Of a stretch of 64,000 nucleotides of DNA, positions 12,574-26,276 are shown piece after piece. The translations under genes were made by a program, and so were the position numbers. The number at the start of each line of letters is the position of its first letter. Position 1 is the first letter of the stretch. The DNA is taken from NCBI GenBank assembly GCA_002104945.1, contig MCFH01000060.1:186001-250000 (forward strand), in the 5' to 3' direction. The stretch is from Piromyces finnis finn. Lineage: Eukaryota > Fungi > Neocallimastigomycota. The notes beneath the pieces are model-generated. The model searched no databases and was not told where the DNA came from. It was given only the letters and a program-made list of their open reading frames with translations.

Positions 12574-15369
12574 TATCGACTTAAACAATGATCATCTATT
12601 TCGAGTTATTAAAAATAAATTAATTGCCTTTTTTTTTAAAATATTATTTATAAATAATATTAATTATTAATGAAAAAGAATAAAAAAGAACTCTTTTTCA
12701 ATATAAATATCATTTCTTTTGTAATAAGTTTTTATTAAAAAGAAAGATCTATAATATTTCATTCAATTTTTCGAGTTACTTTTAGATTATTGATATATTA
12801 ATAACATTATTAAATCTATTTACATTATTTACATTATTTACATTACATGGCACAACAATCATTACTTATTCTAATTAAAAAGCTATAAAAAATATAAATT
12901 TTATTATTTATAATATGATTTATACATTAGCTTAAAAGAAAATTCTATGATTATTTTATGGTTTTTTTGTTTGTTACTATTTTAGATTTTAGTATTAAAT
13001 CTCTTTATATTTGATAATTTTATGATTAATATTATTAATATTATTATTTTTTTTATTAAACCTTTCTGTGTGTATATTAAAAAATTGAGGCAAGACAGAA
13101 AGATCTTTTAATTCTCTTCAACAAATTAAAAAAAACTATTTATAGCTTGGTTTGTGAATTTGTTGGTATTTAATTTACAAATCTAAAATTAGAGAACCTT
13201 TACCGGGAATGTAGTACAACAATTAAACAATAAAATATTATAATTATTCTTTTTTATTAATAAAAAAAATATTTTAAATATAATTAATGTTATTATAATT
13301 AATGTTATAAAAAATATAATAATAAATATAATAAAATATAATAAATATAATAAAATATAATAAATATAATAAAATATTATTAAAAAATGCAATATAAATA
13401 TCTGGTAAATTTTCTTTTTTTTTTTTTTTTTTTCATTATCATTTTTAAAAGTGTGTTTCAATTTTAAATATAAATAATTATTTATTTATTCATTCATTCA
13501 TTTATTTAATTGTATTAAAATTGAGTTTTTACATTTTAAAATGAATACTATTATTCAAATAATAAAGAATATCTATCTCAGTCTTTTAACACTTACCACT
13601 CAATGGGAAAGATCGGACTTGATTTTATATCTACACTCAGATGAGATGTTCTTCAATAGAAAGGTTAAAAATCCTTATGATCATGTTAAAAACTTGAAAA
13701 GAATTCGGATTGCTAGCCTTAAATCTAGATATTTTACCAATGATTATATAGAAAATTATGATACAAGTGTATCTGTGAAGAAAATTGTTTATAAATCTAA
13801 ATATGAAAAAAAAAGAATTCTTGCTGAAAATTTATCCCAGTTGGTCGAAACCATTAAAAGTATGCATTCTATGGAAGACTTCTCTATCTACTTAGTAGAA
13901 ATGAATGATATTAACAATCAATATAATACTCTTAACCAAATCGAAAGAAAAATTATAAGAACTATTAGTGAAAATGGAAACATAAATTTAACAATACATG
14001 AAATCTTGAATAACAATACACTTGGCGATACCATAAACATTTCAGGATTATTTGGTATGAAAAACACTATCTATAATTTTGTAATAATGGTGGATGGTAG
14101 AGTTTGTTTCATTAGTAATTTCTTTTGTTTAATTAGTTTTAAGCAATTTTCTAAAAGAAAAAATAATTTTGGAACAAATAATGCATTTATTTCAAAAATG
14201 TATACTGATTTTATGAATGGTACAAATAATGATTTTGAATACTACATGGAAGTTCTCTTTTCACCACAACCTAAAACGAGAAAAATACCAAAATTCAATC
14301 CTTCTATGAAATTTCCAATTTTCTTTTACAATGTTAACTCAGATTTCTTATTAAATCAAAATCTTTCTAATAACACTTCTGTTATTAGTAATGATGATAC
14401 TTTAATTCATGATGGTAGTGATATTTATAGTGATATTCATAGTGATGCTGAACCACTTTCTTGTTCATCATCTCCACTTTTAATCAATTCCGCTTCTACT
14501 TGTGTTAATGACAAAGATAATAATGATAATAATAATGGTTTAATAAGCATCATGATAAATAAAATTAATAATTTAGAATTAATTTATCCAGGAAAAACTG
14601 GCGATTACAACAATATTGATAGTAATAATGAAAATAACATTGGCGATTATATTGATATTGAGAGTAATAAGGAAAGTAATGTTGAAGGTAATATTAATAT
14701 GACTAATATGAACTCTGATTCTGAACCCCTTAACCATTTAATTACTCAATTACAACTTAACCTTAATCCCTTAAATCAATTAAGTGAAGTTCAAGAAGGA
14801 ACAAATGAACATTCATCACCTTCTTCCATTCAATATCCTTCTCAGTATCCTTTAGACTTTGCTCAATTTCCATTTCCTTTACCTGAATATTCTGATTTAT
14901 TACATTATTTTATAATGAATAACAGGTTTTTAATAACAAATCCAAATTTATATCAAATTATTCATCCATATCAATCAGTTTTACCATCTCAAATCCATAA
15001 TCAATTAATTGATGTTGATATTAACATTGATGTTAATAATGATCAACAAATGAATAACTCGTCATTCATTCCTGTTTCATCATTTCATCAAGTTAATACG
15101 GATACCTCAATTTTCAATACTTCATTTCCATTCTCATTTTCTTAAATTGTGATTACCTTGCTGTCTTAACTATTAATATAATTCATTCGTTAATACCGTT
15201 TGAATTATACTAATATTATTAATTTTCTAATTCTTTCAATTTTAATTCTTTTTTCTTACTAATTATAAAAAAAAGTAAGAAAAGAGAATTAAAGTTTTTT
15301 TTTTTTAATTACTAAATTTGATATTTTCGTATCAAATTTAGTGAGAAGAAAAATTTTACTATAAGAAAA
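12574..15369. repeat. Right arm of the inverted duplication
   Basis: Reverse complement of 11316-12024 (inner part) and of 8284-10674 (outer part). Confidence 0.95.
13541..15145 (+). CDS. Intronless protein of unknown function, copy 2 (534 aa)
   Basis: Long ORF whose N-terminal ~300 aa and C-terminal ~100 aa are nearly identical to copy 1. The central Asn/Asp/Ser-rich segment is different and longer. Confidence 0.8.
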   Translation: MNTIIQIIKNIYLSLLTLTTQWERSDLILYLHSDEMFFNRKVKNPYDHVKNLKRIRIASLKSRYFTNDYIENYDTSVSVKKIVYKSKYEKKRILAENLSQLVETIKSMHSMEDFSIYLVEMNDINNQYNTLNQIERKIIRTISENGNINLTIHEILNNNTLGDTINISGLFGMKNTIYNFVIMVDGRVCFISNFFCLISFKQFSKRKNNFGTNNAFISKMYTDFMNGTNNDFEYYMEVLFSPQPKTRKIPKFNPSMKFPIFFYNVNSDFLLNQNLSNNTSVISNDDTLIHDGSDIYSDIHSDAEPLSCSSSPLLINSASTCVNDKDNNDNNNGLISIMINKINNLELIYPGKTGDYNNIDSNNENNIGDYIDIESNKESNVEGNINMTNMNSDSEPLNHLITQLQLNLNPLNQLSEVQEGTNEHSSPSSIQYPSQYPLDFAQFPFPLPEYSDLLHYFIMNNRFLITNPNLYQIIHPYQSVLPSQIHNQLIDVDINIDVNNDQQMNNSSFIPVSSFHQVNTDTSIFNTSFPFSFS

Positions 15370-16083
15370 AAAAAAAAAAAATACTTAATAATATTTATTA
15401 AATTTATTAATTAATTGATAAAATTAAATAATAATTTAAACTAATATTACTATTACTATTACTATGACTATGACTATTACAATCTTATAAATAATTTCTA
15501 ATACAACATCTTAACATTTCACACTTTCTTTATTCATTATTCAAAAGTACAAACTTTTTTATAAGATATTAATAATCATATAAATTGAATAGATTGTTAT
15601 TTCTTAATAATATCTTTTTTAAAAAATATACAATTATTATTATTCTTTTCTAAAAAAAAAAATTGAAATATAAAGCTTTTCTGTTTTACTTTATTTTAAA
15701 ATAAAATAAAATAAAAAATTTAATTAAAAAAAAAAAAAATTTTTTTTTTTTCATTTGTAATGAAATTTGAAATTACATTTTAAAATTCGAAAATCTGAAA
15801 TTCATTTTTTTTTTTTTTTTTTATAAAAATGAAAATTATTCAATAAATGTTTAAGAGTAAAGAAAAATAAAAAAAAAAGAAATATTAAAATTACAACAAT
15901 CAATATTAAAAAGAGATAAGTAATAATTCCTTAATGGATTCCAAATTATAAAAAAAATAAAAAAAAAATTAATTTCAATTAGAGATTTCATTTAAAATTT
16001 GTATTTTATACATAATCTATATTAAAGTAAACCTGATTATTCAACATTTTATATAAGTTTATTTTTTTTTTAATTTATTTTAA

Positions 16084-16871
16084 ATGGAAAATTTATTGAA
16101 TTATACATCTGATGCTTCATCTGATGATAATTCAGATACTGAAATTCCAACAAATAAAATAAAAACTAGCATTTTAAATAAAAATGGAGCGTTTATTGAA
16201 AATCAAAAAAATAAAAATACTAATACTAATACTATCAATAATACATTTAATTTAAAATATGAAAATGATAATAAAAAGGAAACGACATTAGTTGTACGAA
16301 AGGAACAACAAGTAACAGACTTTTCCTATTTTAAAAGTAGTGAATATATTCAAAATCAATTTATGTCATTACCTTCTCCTAAATATCAAACTACTGGATA
16401 TAGTAATCTTAATTTGAATAATGAGTTACATTCAATGGATGATGACTATCGGCTTGCACAAACTAAAAAAAATATTCAACATGCTTTACAAGAAGAAAAT
16501 AAAAGAAAACGTGAAGCTTTATACCAATCCTATTGTACTAGTGCTCAATTGAATAGTACGTTGGATAAACCAGTTCGACCCTATGTTTCTAAACGATTAA
16601 AAAAAAATATATCTTCAGAAAGTGGCAATTATCAAAATTTATCACAATCATCACTGGAAACCTCATCTATTGCTAATGATCAATGCTTAACTGAAAATAG
16701 TAAAAAAGTATTATATATTAATAGTTCTTTCCTTCCTAAGCCATCAAGTGACTATCTCAAAAACAAAAAATTTACTCATATTATTCCATCTCACACAGTG
16801 GGTCAATTATATGGTCATACTAAAGGAGTCAATGTACTTCGTTGGAAGCCAGATGATGGTACACAATCATC

Positions 16872-16919
<48 letters not shown>

Positions 16920-18723
16920 CATTGTTGTTGTTCTTTTTGCCATTATTATTATACTCTTTTTCTTTTAGTATTTTCATTTCTTAACCATATTAATAAAACT
17001 TTAATAAAATTTTATTCCTTGTATTTTATGATTTATAACAATCTTTTTAATATATATATATAATTTTAAATTATAATCTACAAGGTTATTTATTAGCTTC
17101 TGCATCAATGGATTATACGGCGTGTATTTGGGATGTATTTCATTCAAAGAAACCAAGTCGAATAATACCTCATCAAGGTAAATAATTAAGCAATAATTAT
17201 AATAGTAGAAAGAGTAATATATAGGGAAAAAATTAATATATATATATATAAATTTATATATTAAGGTGCTGTCAAGGATATTCAATGGAGGAATGATAAT
17301 ACGCATGTTCTTACTGCTAGTTTTGATAAAACAATAAAATTATTTGATGTAGAAGCAGGAAAAGTAATTCAGGTAGGAATATTTTTATAATTTTATTATT
17401 AATAATCCTATAATAATATAATGTAGCAAAAAAAAAAAAAAAACTTTCAATCCAATATATGTTAATATATGATAAATAATTTCAGATTATTAACTTAATA
17501 ACCAAATAGATCAAACATTAATTAATTAATTATTATTATTATTATTATTATTATATATTTTTTTATCCTTCATTTCATAATTAAATTTATCTAGACATTT
17601 ACAAATGATGATATGGTAAATGTATTACGTTTTCATCCTAAAGATCGAGATTTATTTATTGCTGGATTATATAAAAAAGGTATTGTTTGTTGGGATGCAC
17701 GATCAAATAGGTAAATATAAAAATAAATAAATAAATAAATAATAAATATAAATTCTAATAATAGATTTAATTATACTAATGTAACAAAATGAAAAAAAAA
17801 AAAAAAAAAAAAAAACATATTTTTTAATACAAATGAAAATAAAAAAAATTTTTTTTTTATATATAATCAAATCATTCTTAAGAGTTGTATCGGAATATAA
17901 AGGATTTTTTGGTGAAGTTCAAGATTTAGAATTTCTTGATGAAGGAAAATCCTTTTTAGCTGCATCTGATATTATTAAAAGAAATTCAACGGATAAAGCT
18001 ATTGTTGTTTGGGATTTTGCAGGAGTAAGTTAAATAATAAAATTATCTACATTAAAAATTTATATATTTATATATTAATTTATATTGTTATTTTTTTTTT
18101 TATTTCTAATTTATTATTTTCCTCCCTTCTCTATTTATACAACCAGAATGTTATATTATCAAATCAAATCTATCAAGAAGCCTACAATTGCACAGCATTA
18201 AGAATACATCCAAATAAGAAAAGATTTATAGCTCAATCAAATGCAGGATATATTGCAATATTTGATACAAAATCACCATGGACTTTGAATAAATTCAAGG
18301 TAATAGATAAATATAATAAATAAATAAAAAAAAAATGATGCATTTATTTTTTTATCATAGATAAATATATAAAACAAAATGTAATAATAAAATTATTTAT
18401 TATCAAAAATAAAAAACTAACAATTATTTATTTATTATTATTTATTATTTTCTTATTCAAAGCGTTTTGAATCCCATTCAGTTTCAGGGAATCGAATTCA
18501 ATGTAATTTTTCACCTGATGGACGATACATTGGAAGTGGATCTTCTGATGGTCGACTCTATTTTTACGATTGGAATAGTGCAAAATGTATAAAACGTCTT
18601 GACTATGGTGTTCATGCCAATGCTACATGTATCGATGTAGCATGGTGTCCACAACCTCAACGCTATGGAAATGCATGTGTTGCCAGTTGTGATAATAAAG
18701 GACGTATTGCACTTTGGATTTAA
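16084..18723 (+). CDS. WDR25: WD40-repeat protein, WDR25-like (7 exons)
   Basis: Exons 16084-16858, 17085-17177, 17266-17372, 17595-17710, 17883-18024, 18147-18299 and 18463-18723 splice in frame (GT-AG). WD repeats include GHTKGVNVLRW, LLASASMDYTACIWD and LTASFDKTIKLFD. STDKAIVVWDF..SNQIYQEAYNC..HP..AQSN matches the WDR25 signature as I recall it. Confidence 0.85.
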
Positions 18724-19463
18724 AATGGTATTTATGTATTTATTAGTATAATAAGGAGGAGGGAAAGACAATAATAAGGTAAACAAGCAAAGAATATTTA
18801 AAATATCAGATCATTTTTCTTTTTTTTTTTTAAATTCATTAAATGAATATATATATATATATATGGGTATTTTCTAAATTATATATTTGTTACTTTTAAT
18901 AGAAAAAATATGTGTATATAAATGCTATTTTTTTTTTTTTTTTTTTTAATTTTATTAATTATAATTGTAAATATTTAATGAAAAAAAAAATAATAAATAT
19001 TAGAAAAAACTTAAAAAAAAAAAAAACTATGGGTTTTATCTTAGTATTAGTTATCCTTCTAACCTATAAATTTTTAAATTTTTTATAATACAAAAAGTTT
19101 ATTAAATATAAGTTTTTTTATTTAAAGTAATTAAAGTTTTGAAAAAAGTTTGTTTATCATCATGAAAACAAACCTTTTTCAATAGTAAAAAAGAAAGAGA
19201 AAAAGAAAATAAAATAATAAAATAATGAAATAAAATATAAACTATTTTTTTTTAATTTATTTCGCAGCAAAAAAGAAATATATATATATATATATTTTTA
19301 AATAAAAACAAGTAATTCTAAAAGAAAAAAAAAAAAAAAAAAAAAAGAAGCCGTTTATTAATACTTGTTTTTTTTTTAAAAAAAATAAAAAAGAAAAAGA
19401 AAATTGAAAAAGTATTTCTATATTATTTTAAAAGAAATAGATTAATCTTTAAAATTAAAGAAA

Positions 19464-20963
19464 ATGATAAGGAATAATGGTAATCCGATGATGTCTTCCT
19501 CATCAAACTATCAAGAAGCTATTAATTTTGAAATAAGTGATTCTGGTAAAAAATAATAATCATTATCCCTTATACTATTTTAAAAAAGAAAAATAATTAA
19601 AATATTATATATACCTTTTTTTTCTTTCTTTGAGTAAATAAATACATTGACTTATATTGACTTATTTTATATTTATATCTAAAAAAAAAAAAAAAAAAAA
19701 ACTATAATGATAATATTAATAAATTTTATTTAGAAGGAATAGATATTGTGAATACTATTTTATATGAAATTCATTTTCCACTTCGAATTAAAAGTTTAAA
19801 TGAATGTGTTTCTTCACTATGGATAGTTTTATATGAAGGACTTTTCCATCATCGGTTGGAAGGCATAATACGAAGTAAAAATTCAATTTATACCGAAGCT
19901 AAAATCATGAATATTCAAACGATATTAGATCAATTAAAAAATCAATTTAATATTCCATTTCCATCTAAAATGGCTTATGAACTGTACACTGGAAATAAAA
20001 CCTATATTATGAAATTTATTTATTTATTTAAAATTCTATTTGATTGTAGTCAACATAGTCATGGGAAACCATACAAAAATTTCGATTACCATATAAATAG
20101 TAATAACTATGACTCTTCAACTTCTCCAAACAATCGATCTATTGATTCTGTATCACCAATAGTTCAAGATGAATTACAAAAATATTTGTATGTATTATTT
20201 GAAGGTGAAAATGAAACAAACCCTTCTCAGCATCTGCAGTCAGAAAGTAAAACAAGTGAAAACAACTTAACATCGATTTCTAAAAAAAGAAATAAAAAAC
20301 AATCCAAACAATATCAATTCAGTAAGAATAACACCACTTATTCTTCAGTAATACCTAAAATTTCATTGGTATCCACTACACCATCACAATCAAAATCAAT
20401 AAAAAGGGTTCCTAATAAAGTATCCAATATAAATGATATAAATGAAAGTACACCAAAGGAAACACAAGAACTACAAGATAATATTTATGATCATGTTAAT
20501 GGAGAAGATAGTCATCTTAATTTTTTATTAAATAATGATAATTATCCTTTAGGAAAAAATGAAATAAATATTATACCAATAAAACAACAACAACAGCAGC
20601 AGCAACAACAACAATTAGTAGAAAATGAAAAAGAAAAGGATTTTGATTATCATTATCATGAACAAGATGAAACTCATTCCACCACTTCTACTCAAAAATC
20701 ATTTAAAAGTAATCGTACTCGATCTGGAACTAATAAATATATATCCCTAAATGATGATATCTATCGATATATTATTTCAAATAAAATTTATGAAGGAGGT
20801 AAATTAGACGAAATTCCAATGGATAATTTAGATCATCATTATAACAATTCTAATCATCAAAGTAAAGAGAACATACATGATAACACATCTTCACATCATT
20901 CAACATCACAATTAAAAACAAAAAAGGTATTTTTTTTATAAAATATATAATAGATATATATAG

Positions 20964-21012
<49 letters not shown>

Positions 21013-22897
21013 TAAATATTAGGTATTATTAAATACTTATATTTTTTCAACTATTAATTATGATAAAATAACAACTTTCATATTATTGTCTTAAAAGAAT
21101 ACTAACAAAATAGATTAAAATATATATAACTTTTATTAATATATTAATATATATATATACTTTTTTAAATAAAAATTATTAAAATTATCTAATGAAATAA
21201 ATTCTAAAAAAAAAAAAAAAAAAAAGAATAAAAAAGGTAAAGGGGTATCTATTCAAAAATCTAATAGTAATATTAAACTAAAATCAAAAACAAAATCTAT
21301 GAAAACAACGAATAAAGGAAAACCCGCTACCATCAATATAAATGCAAAAATCAAAAGAAATTTCATTAAATTTATCCCAGGCAATGATGATTCAACTTCC
21401 GGATGGAATAAACAAATTCAACACAATCATAGGATGATTCAATCGTTAAAAGATGAATTTTCTTATTTACAATCAAAGTATCAATCCTTAATCAATGATC
21501 TTCATTCCTTTCATACCAAAAATCCTAATAAAGCTATGGAAATTCATCGAATGAAAGCCTATCAAAAAAATATAAAAACTTATAGAATGATGGTAAAACA
21601 ACAAGAAGATCCTATGGCCGAACAATTACGTCAATGTAAATTTTTCCATTATATTGGTGAAGATCATAAAGTAGGTTGGGTAAATGAAACTACATATTTA
21701 TATGAGTTAGATGAACGTCTTCAAAAGAAAAAAGCATGGTTAGAAAAAATAATGAATAGTAATCCAACTTTATTAAATGAAATGGTAATCATCATTCTAA
21801 TCCTATTTATAGTGCACATTATAAAATAAATTATTTTTCATTATCTATAGCAAAAAAAAAAAATTTTTTTTTTCTTCCCAGGAATGAATAATTATTAAAT
21901 TTTTTTATATATATTTTTAAAAAATTATTTATCCTCTTTTTTTTTTTATTGGTGATATATACATATATAATAAGAAAAATGAATTTATTTTAGAAACCAA
22001 TGATGATGATAATGATGATGATAATGATAATGAACATGAAATTAAAAATAAAAAGCAAAATAAGGTTTTAGGGAAAAAGAAATTTACGGAAAAAGAATTT
22101 CATCAACGTTTAATGAATAGTACATTTGAAAAAAGAAGAAAATCAGTAGCCATTCAACATATGCAACAAGAAATAAATCAATTAATGAATGATAAACAAA
22201 ATATTATCACATTTAATAAATCTTTGGTATGTTTAATTAAGAGAGATAGGAAAGAGAAAAAAAAAACATTATTACTCCATTTTTCTTTATTTATATAAAG
22301 ATTTATTTATTTAATATATATATAGGAATATCAACGACTTCTTAAAAAATATCAAGAAGAGTATCGTACTTTAATTGTAGAACGTAATTTATTATTAAGA
22401 GAAGCAAAGAAAAAACAAGAAGATGAAATACTTTTAAAACAAGAAAATATGATGAATTAATATCCTTTTTTTTTTATTATTATTATTATTATAAAACCTA
22501 TATATATTTTTTTAATTATATTATTATCATTATTAGTTCCATTATAACTTTATAACCTTAACCAAATATTTTTTTTTTTTCATGGCATCTTAATACTTAT
22601 AAGAGCCAAATTGAACTTTATTATCAAGAATCAAAAAAATTAGCAGAAGATAAAAAAATTGCTGAAAAATCTTATAAAGATGTATTTTACTTATTATTAA
22701 AATAATAATGATAATAATAATAATAATTTAAAACTTTTGAAATTAAAACTAATATATATATATTTTCTTTTTAAATAAATAACAATCATTATTAGGAATT
22801 ACGAAAAATTAAAAAAGAATATTATGATCAATATAAAAAAGATATTCATCAACTTCGTGAAAAAACTAAAGTACCACCAAATCAATTTATTTTTTAA
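19464..22897 (+). CDS. CEP95: CEP95-like centrosomal coiled-coil protein (multi-exon, one AT-AC intron)
   Basis: The N-terminal domain IHFPLRIKSLNECVSSLWIVLYEGL..NIQTILDQL..GNKTYIMKFIYLFKIL resembles the CEP95/DUF5745 N-terminus. The C-terminal coiled-coil exons are 22326-22459, 22597-22681 and 22796-22897. The first exon is 19464-19545. The acceptor near 21.0-21.2 kb is not resolved. Confidence 0.72.
22460..22596 (+). other. U12-type (minor spliceosome) AT-AC intron
   Basis: 5' site ATATCCTTTT at 22460, branch-like CCTTAAC at 22556-22562, and AC at 22595-22596. Excision removes an in-frame TAA and gives ...NMMN-Y-YKSQIEL, in frame with the next exon. Confidence 0.82.
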
Positions 22898-23384
22898 AAA
22901 GAAAAAGTTTTTGGAATAATAAAAAAAAAAAAAAAAAACATGTTTAAATATTAAAATGAATTGATATTTAGATTTACATATTTATAATATATATAAATAT
23001 ATGGATTTAATGAGAATCATGGTTATATATAGACATATTATATAAAATTTATTCTCAAAAAAAAAAAAAAAAAAAAATTAATATAAAAAATAACACTATC
23101 ATTTATTTGGTTTAAGCATGAAATTGCATAAACCATTATAATTAAGATAAAGAAACAAATAAATAAAAAAAAAAAAATCTATTATTTATTTTATTTTCAT
23201 ATTTTTTTTTTTTTTTTTATTTTAGAGTTTACTAATTTTTTTTTTTTTTTTTTTTTTTTTATACAAAAATTAAAATTAAAATACCATTATGTTTTTATAT
23301 ATATCAATATATATATTGATAATGATTTGATTTTTGTTTTCGTTGTTCTTTAATGATTTAATTTTGTTATTGTTGTTATTGCTA

Positions 23385-23416
<32 letters not shown>

Positions 23417-23541
23417 ACTTATTACTTGATAAATGAATTTTTATTATATATATATTGTTTTTTTTTTTTTTTTTTTTTTTTTTTTGAATTTTTAGTTTTT
23501 TTTTAAAAGATAAATTTTACTTTCTAATACCCATTATTAAT

Positions 23542-25612
23542 TTAATCCCAGTTTTCATTTTGAGTGTTAAATAAGTAATTGGCAGCAAGTTCTTCATTCT
23601 TATCACAGGCAAAGTAAGCTTCAATAACTAAAGAACGTTCAAAACCTAAAGCTTCAAGCTGTTAAATTACAAATAATAATAATTAGTAAAGAAAAAGGTT
23701 CAGATTATACTATATATTTTTATTTAGTTTTGAACAAATAGCTTTTTTGGTTGCTATTCATTATAGATAAAAGGAAAACCTACACGAGTGATAGCTTCAG
23801 CTTCTTCTTGAGAAATTTGAATTGGAACACCGCCTAATGGATTTTCACCAGCTTGTTCTTCACCCATACCTTCTTCTAATAAATGAACAAAAGCTTCTGG
23901 GTTAGCAGAAATAAGCTAAATAGTTATATATATATATTTTTAATTAAATTTCGTTGAAAGAAAAAAAAATTAATACTTGACTTTATTTTTTTTTAGCAAA
24001 TTATAATAATTATAATAAAAATTATTATTTTATCCATATTTTTTTCCTTTTATTTTTTATCAATTAAAACTATTAAAAGTGGTAAGAAAAAAAAAAAAAA
24101 AAACTTACTTCCATTAATTCTGGGTTAGATTGACTTAATTGTTGAAGTAATGGTTGAAGTAATTGTGGGTTGGAGTGGATAAGTTCACGAATTCTTTGGA
24201 ATTGTGGATTATTATTAAGGAAAGCAAGGTTATCTTGACCACCAGCAGCTGGTTGGGCGGCAGCATTAGCAGCAGCTTCAAATAAATTAATTGGTTGATT
24301 TTCAGCTGGAGTGTTAGTAGCACCAGTAGCAGCAGCAGCTGGTTGAGCAGCTGGTTGTTCTGGTTGTTCTGGTTGAACTGGTTGTAATAAATGTTCTGGA
24401 ATACCCTGTTAAATTAAAGTTTGAAAAATTCGTATTGATTTATTTATTAATGTTTGAAAAAAATGGTAAAAGAGTATAATCATTTTATAGTACATGTACA
24501 TAATGGTACAATGGTACATCATATTATGAATAAATAAACAAATTTCAAAATTTTATTTATTTTATATTTTTTAATTGTTTTGTTGTTATTATGTTGTTAT
24601 TGGTTTTTAAGTGTATATTTTCATATTTAAAAGAAAGGATTTATTAAGATATTTTAGATATACGTATATTATAGTAAATATTGTTTGTTAGCAAAAATGT
24701 ATTTTTTAAATGGAATAAATTATACTCTAATAAATTATATATATAAATGTAGATATATTTATATTGAAAGGTATGAATAAATATAAATAAATCACGTACA
24801 GTCATTAAGTATTCAGCAGCTCTGTCTGGGTTGTTGAAACTAGCTCTCATAGCCTTAATAACTTGATCCTTTTCAAAACCCATTTCGACTAAATTATTAA
24901 CAGCTTGTTCGTAAGCATCACCAGTAACTATTTTTTTTTTTTTTTTTGTTATTGTATAATGATAATCAAGAAAGAAAATATTTAACTATTATTATTTATC
25001 TTTTATTTTAATGGAAACTGAATCAAAAACTTTTTTTTTTTTTTTTTTTTTGCATTTCCTCTATTTTAATTTTTATTTTTATTTTCCTCTCAATTTTTTT
25101 TTTATTTTTTTCTATTTTCAACATACCTAAAACGGAACCAGAGGATTCCCAGTAATTTTGAGAAGAAGCAGCGGTAGCAGCTGGTTGAGATGAAGATTCT
25201 GCAGCAGCTGGAGCACTAGTAGTTTCTTCTTTCTTTTCTTCAGCCTTTGGAGCTTCTTCTTTCTTTTCTTCGACCTTTGGGGCTTCTTCCTTCTTTTCTT
25301 CAACCTTTGGTTCTTCCTTCTTTTGTTCTGGAGCAGAAGTAGTTGGCTTTGGAGCTTCAGCAGCTGGAGCCTTCTTTTTCTATAAAATTTTTAATAAAAT
25401 ATAAAATTTTTAATATTAAATTTTTTCAATGTAAAATATTACACAATTCTAAAATGTATAAAAGTTTATTAATACTACAATATTGTTATTGATAATTTTT
25501 AATTTTAATTTCAATTTTTTTTTTTTTAATTTTTTAATTAAACTTGATTTATATCCTTATACCATTATTACACTACCATTTATTATACTACTACTACTAC
25601 TACTACTACTAC

Positions 25613-25663
<51 letters not shown>

Positions 25664-26276
25664 ACATCCTATTTTTTAAAGAATAAAAATTTCATAATTT
25701 AATAGTAATACCTTCATTTCCATAACAACAATAAAATCTTTTTCAGTGAAATGACATTCTTCAACAGTAAGATTATCGTCTAAAATCTTTCCTGTAAATT
25801 TTATTTTTTTTTAAAATATATTAAAGAAACCAATGTCATAATTATATATATGTAAAAAAAAAAGGGAATATATAAAAGCATGTTTGTAAAAAAAAAAAAA
25901 AAAAGTTATTATACAAAAGTTTTTATTTTGTATTTATATAAAAAGAAAAACTATTAATATTTTTATACCCTTGAAAATGATATTTTGTCTTTCAACATCA
26001 AAACCTTGAACAGCTGAAACCTTTTTCTTTAAATCAATAATCTATTCCATAAAAATATAAAAATTGAATGTATATAAATATTTAATAAAAATTTATAGAG
26101 AGCAAATCATTAATATTTTTATAATTTTTTATAATAAAAAAAAATTGAATATCATAAATGAATGTTATATTATTATTATTATTATTATTTTTTTTTTTTT
26201 TGATAATAACCTTTTCTGATGGTTCAGCATCAATAGTAAAACTAGCACGACTTAAAGTTTTGAATGGAAGTTTCAT
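23542..26276 (-). CDS. RAD23: UV excision repair / ubiquitin shuttle protein Rad23 (multi-exon)
   Basis: UBL start ([22 protein letters not shown]...GKILDDN), Ala/Pro/Glu/Lys-rich linker, UBA1 ([26 protein letters not shown]), XPC-binding region ([22 protein letters not shown]) and UBA2 ([30 protein letters not shown]). Stop at 23542-23544. Confidence 0.95.
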
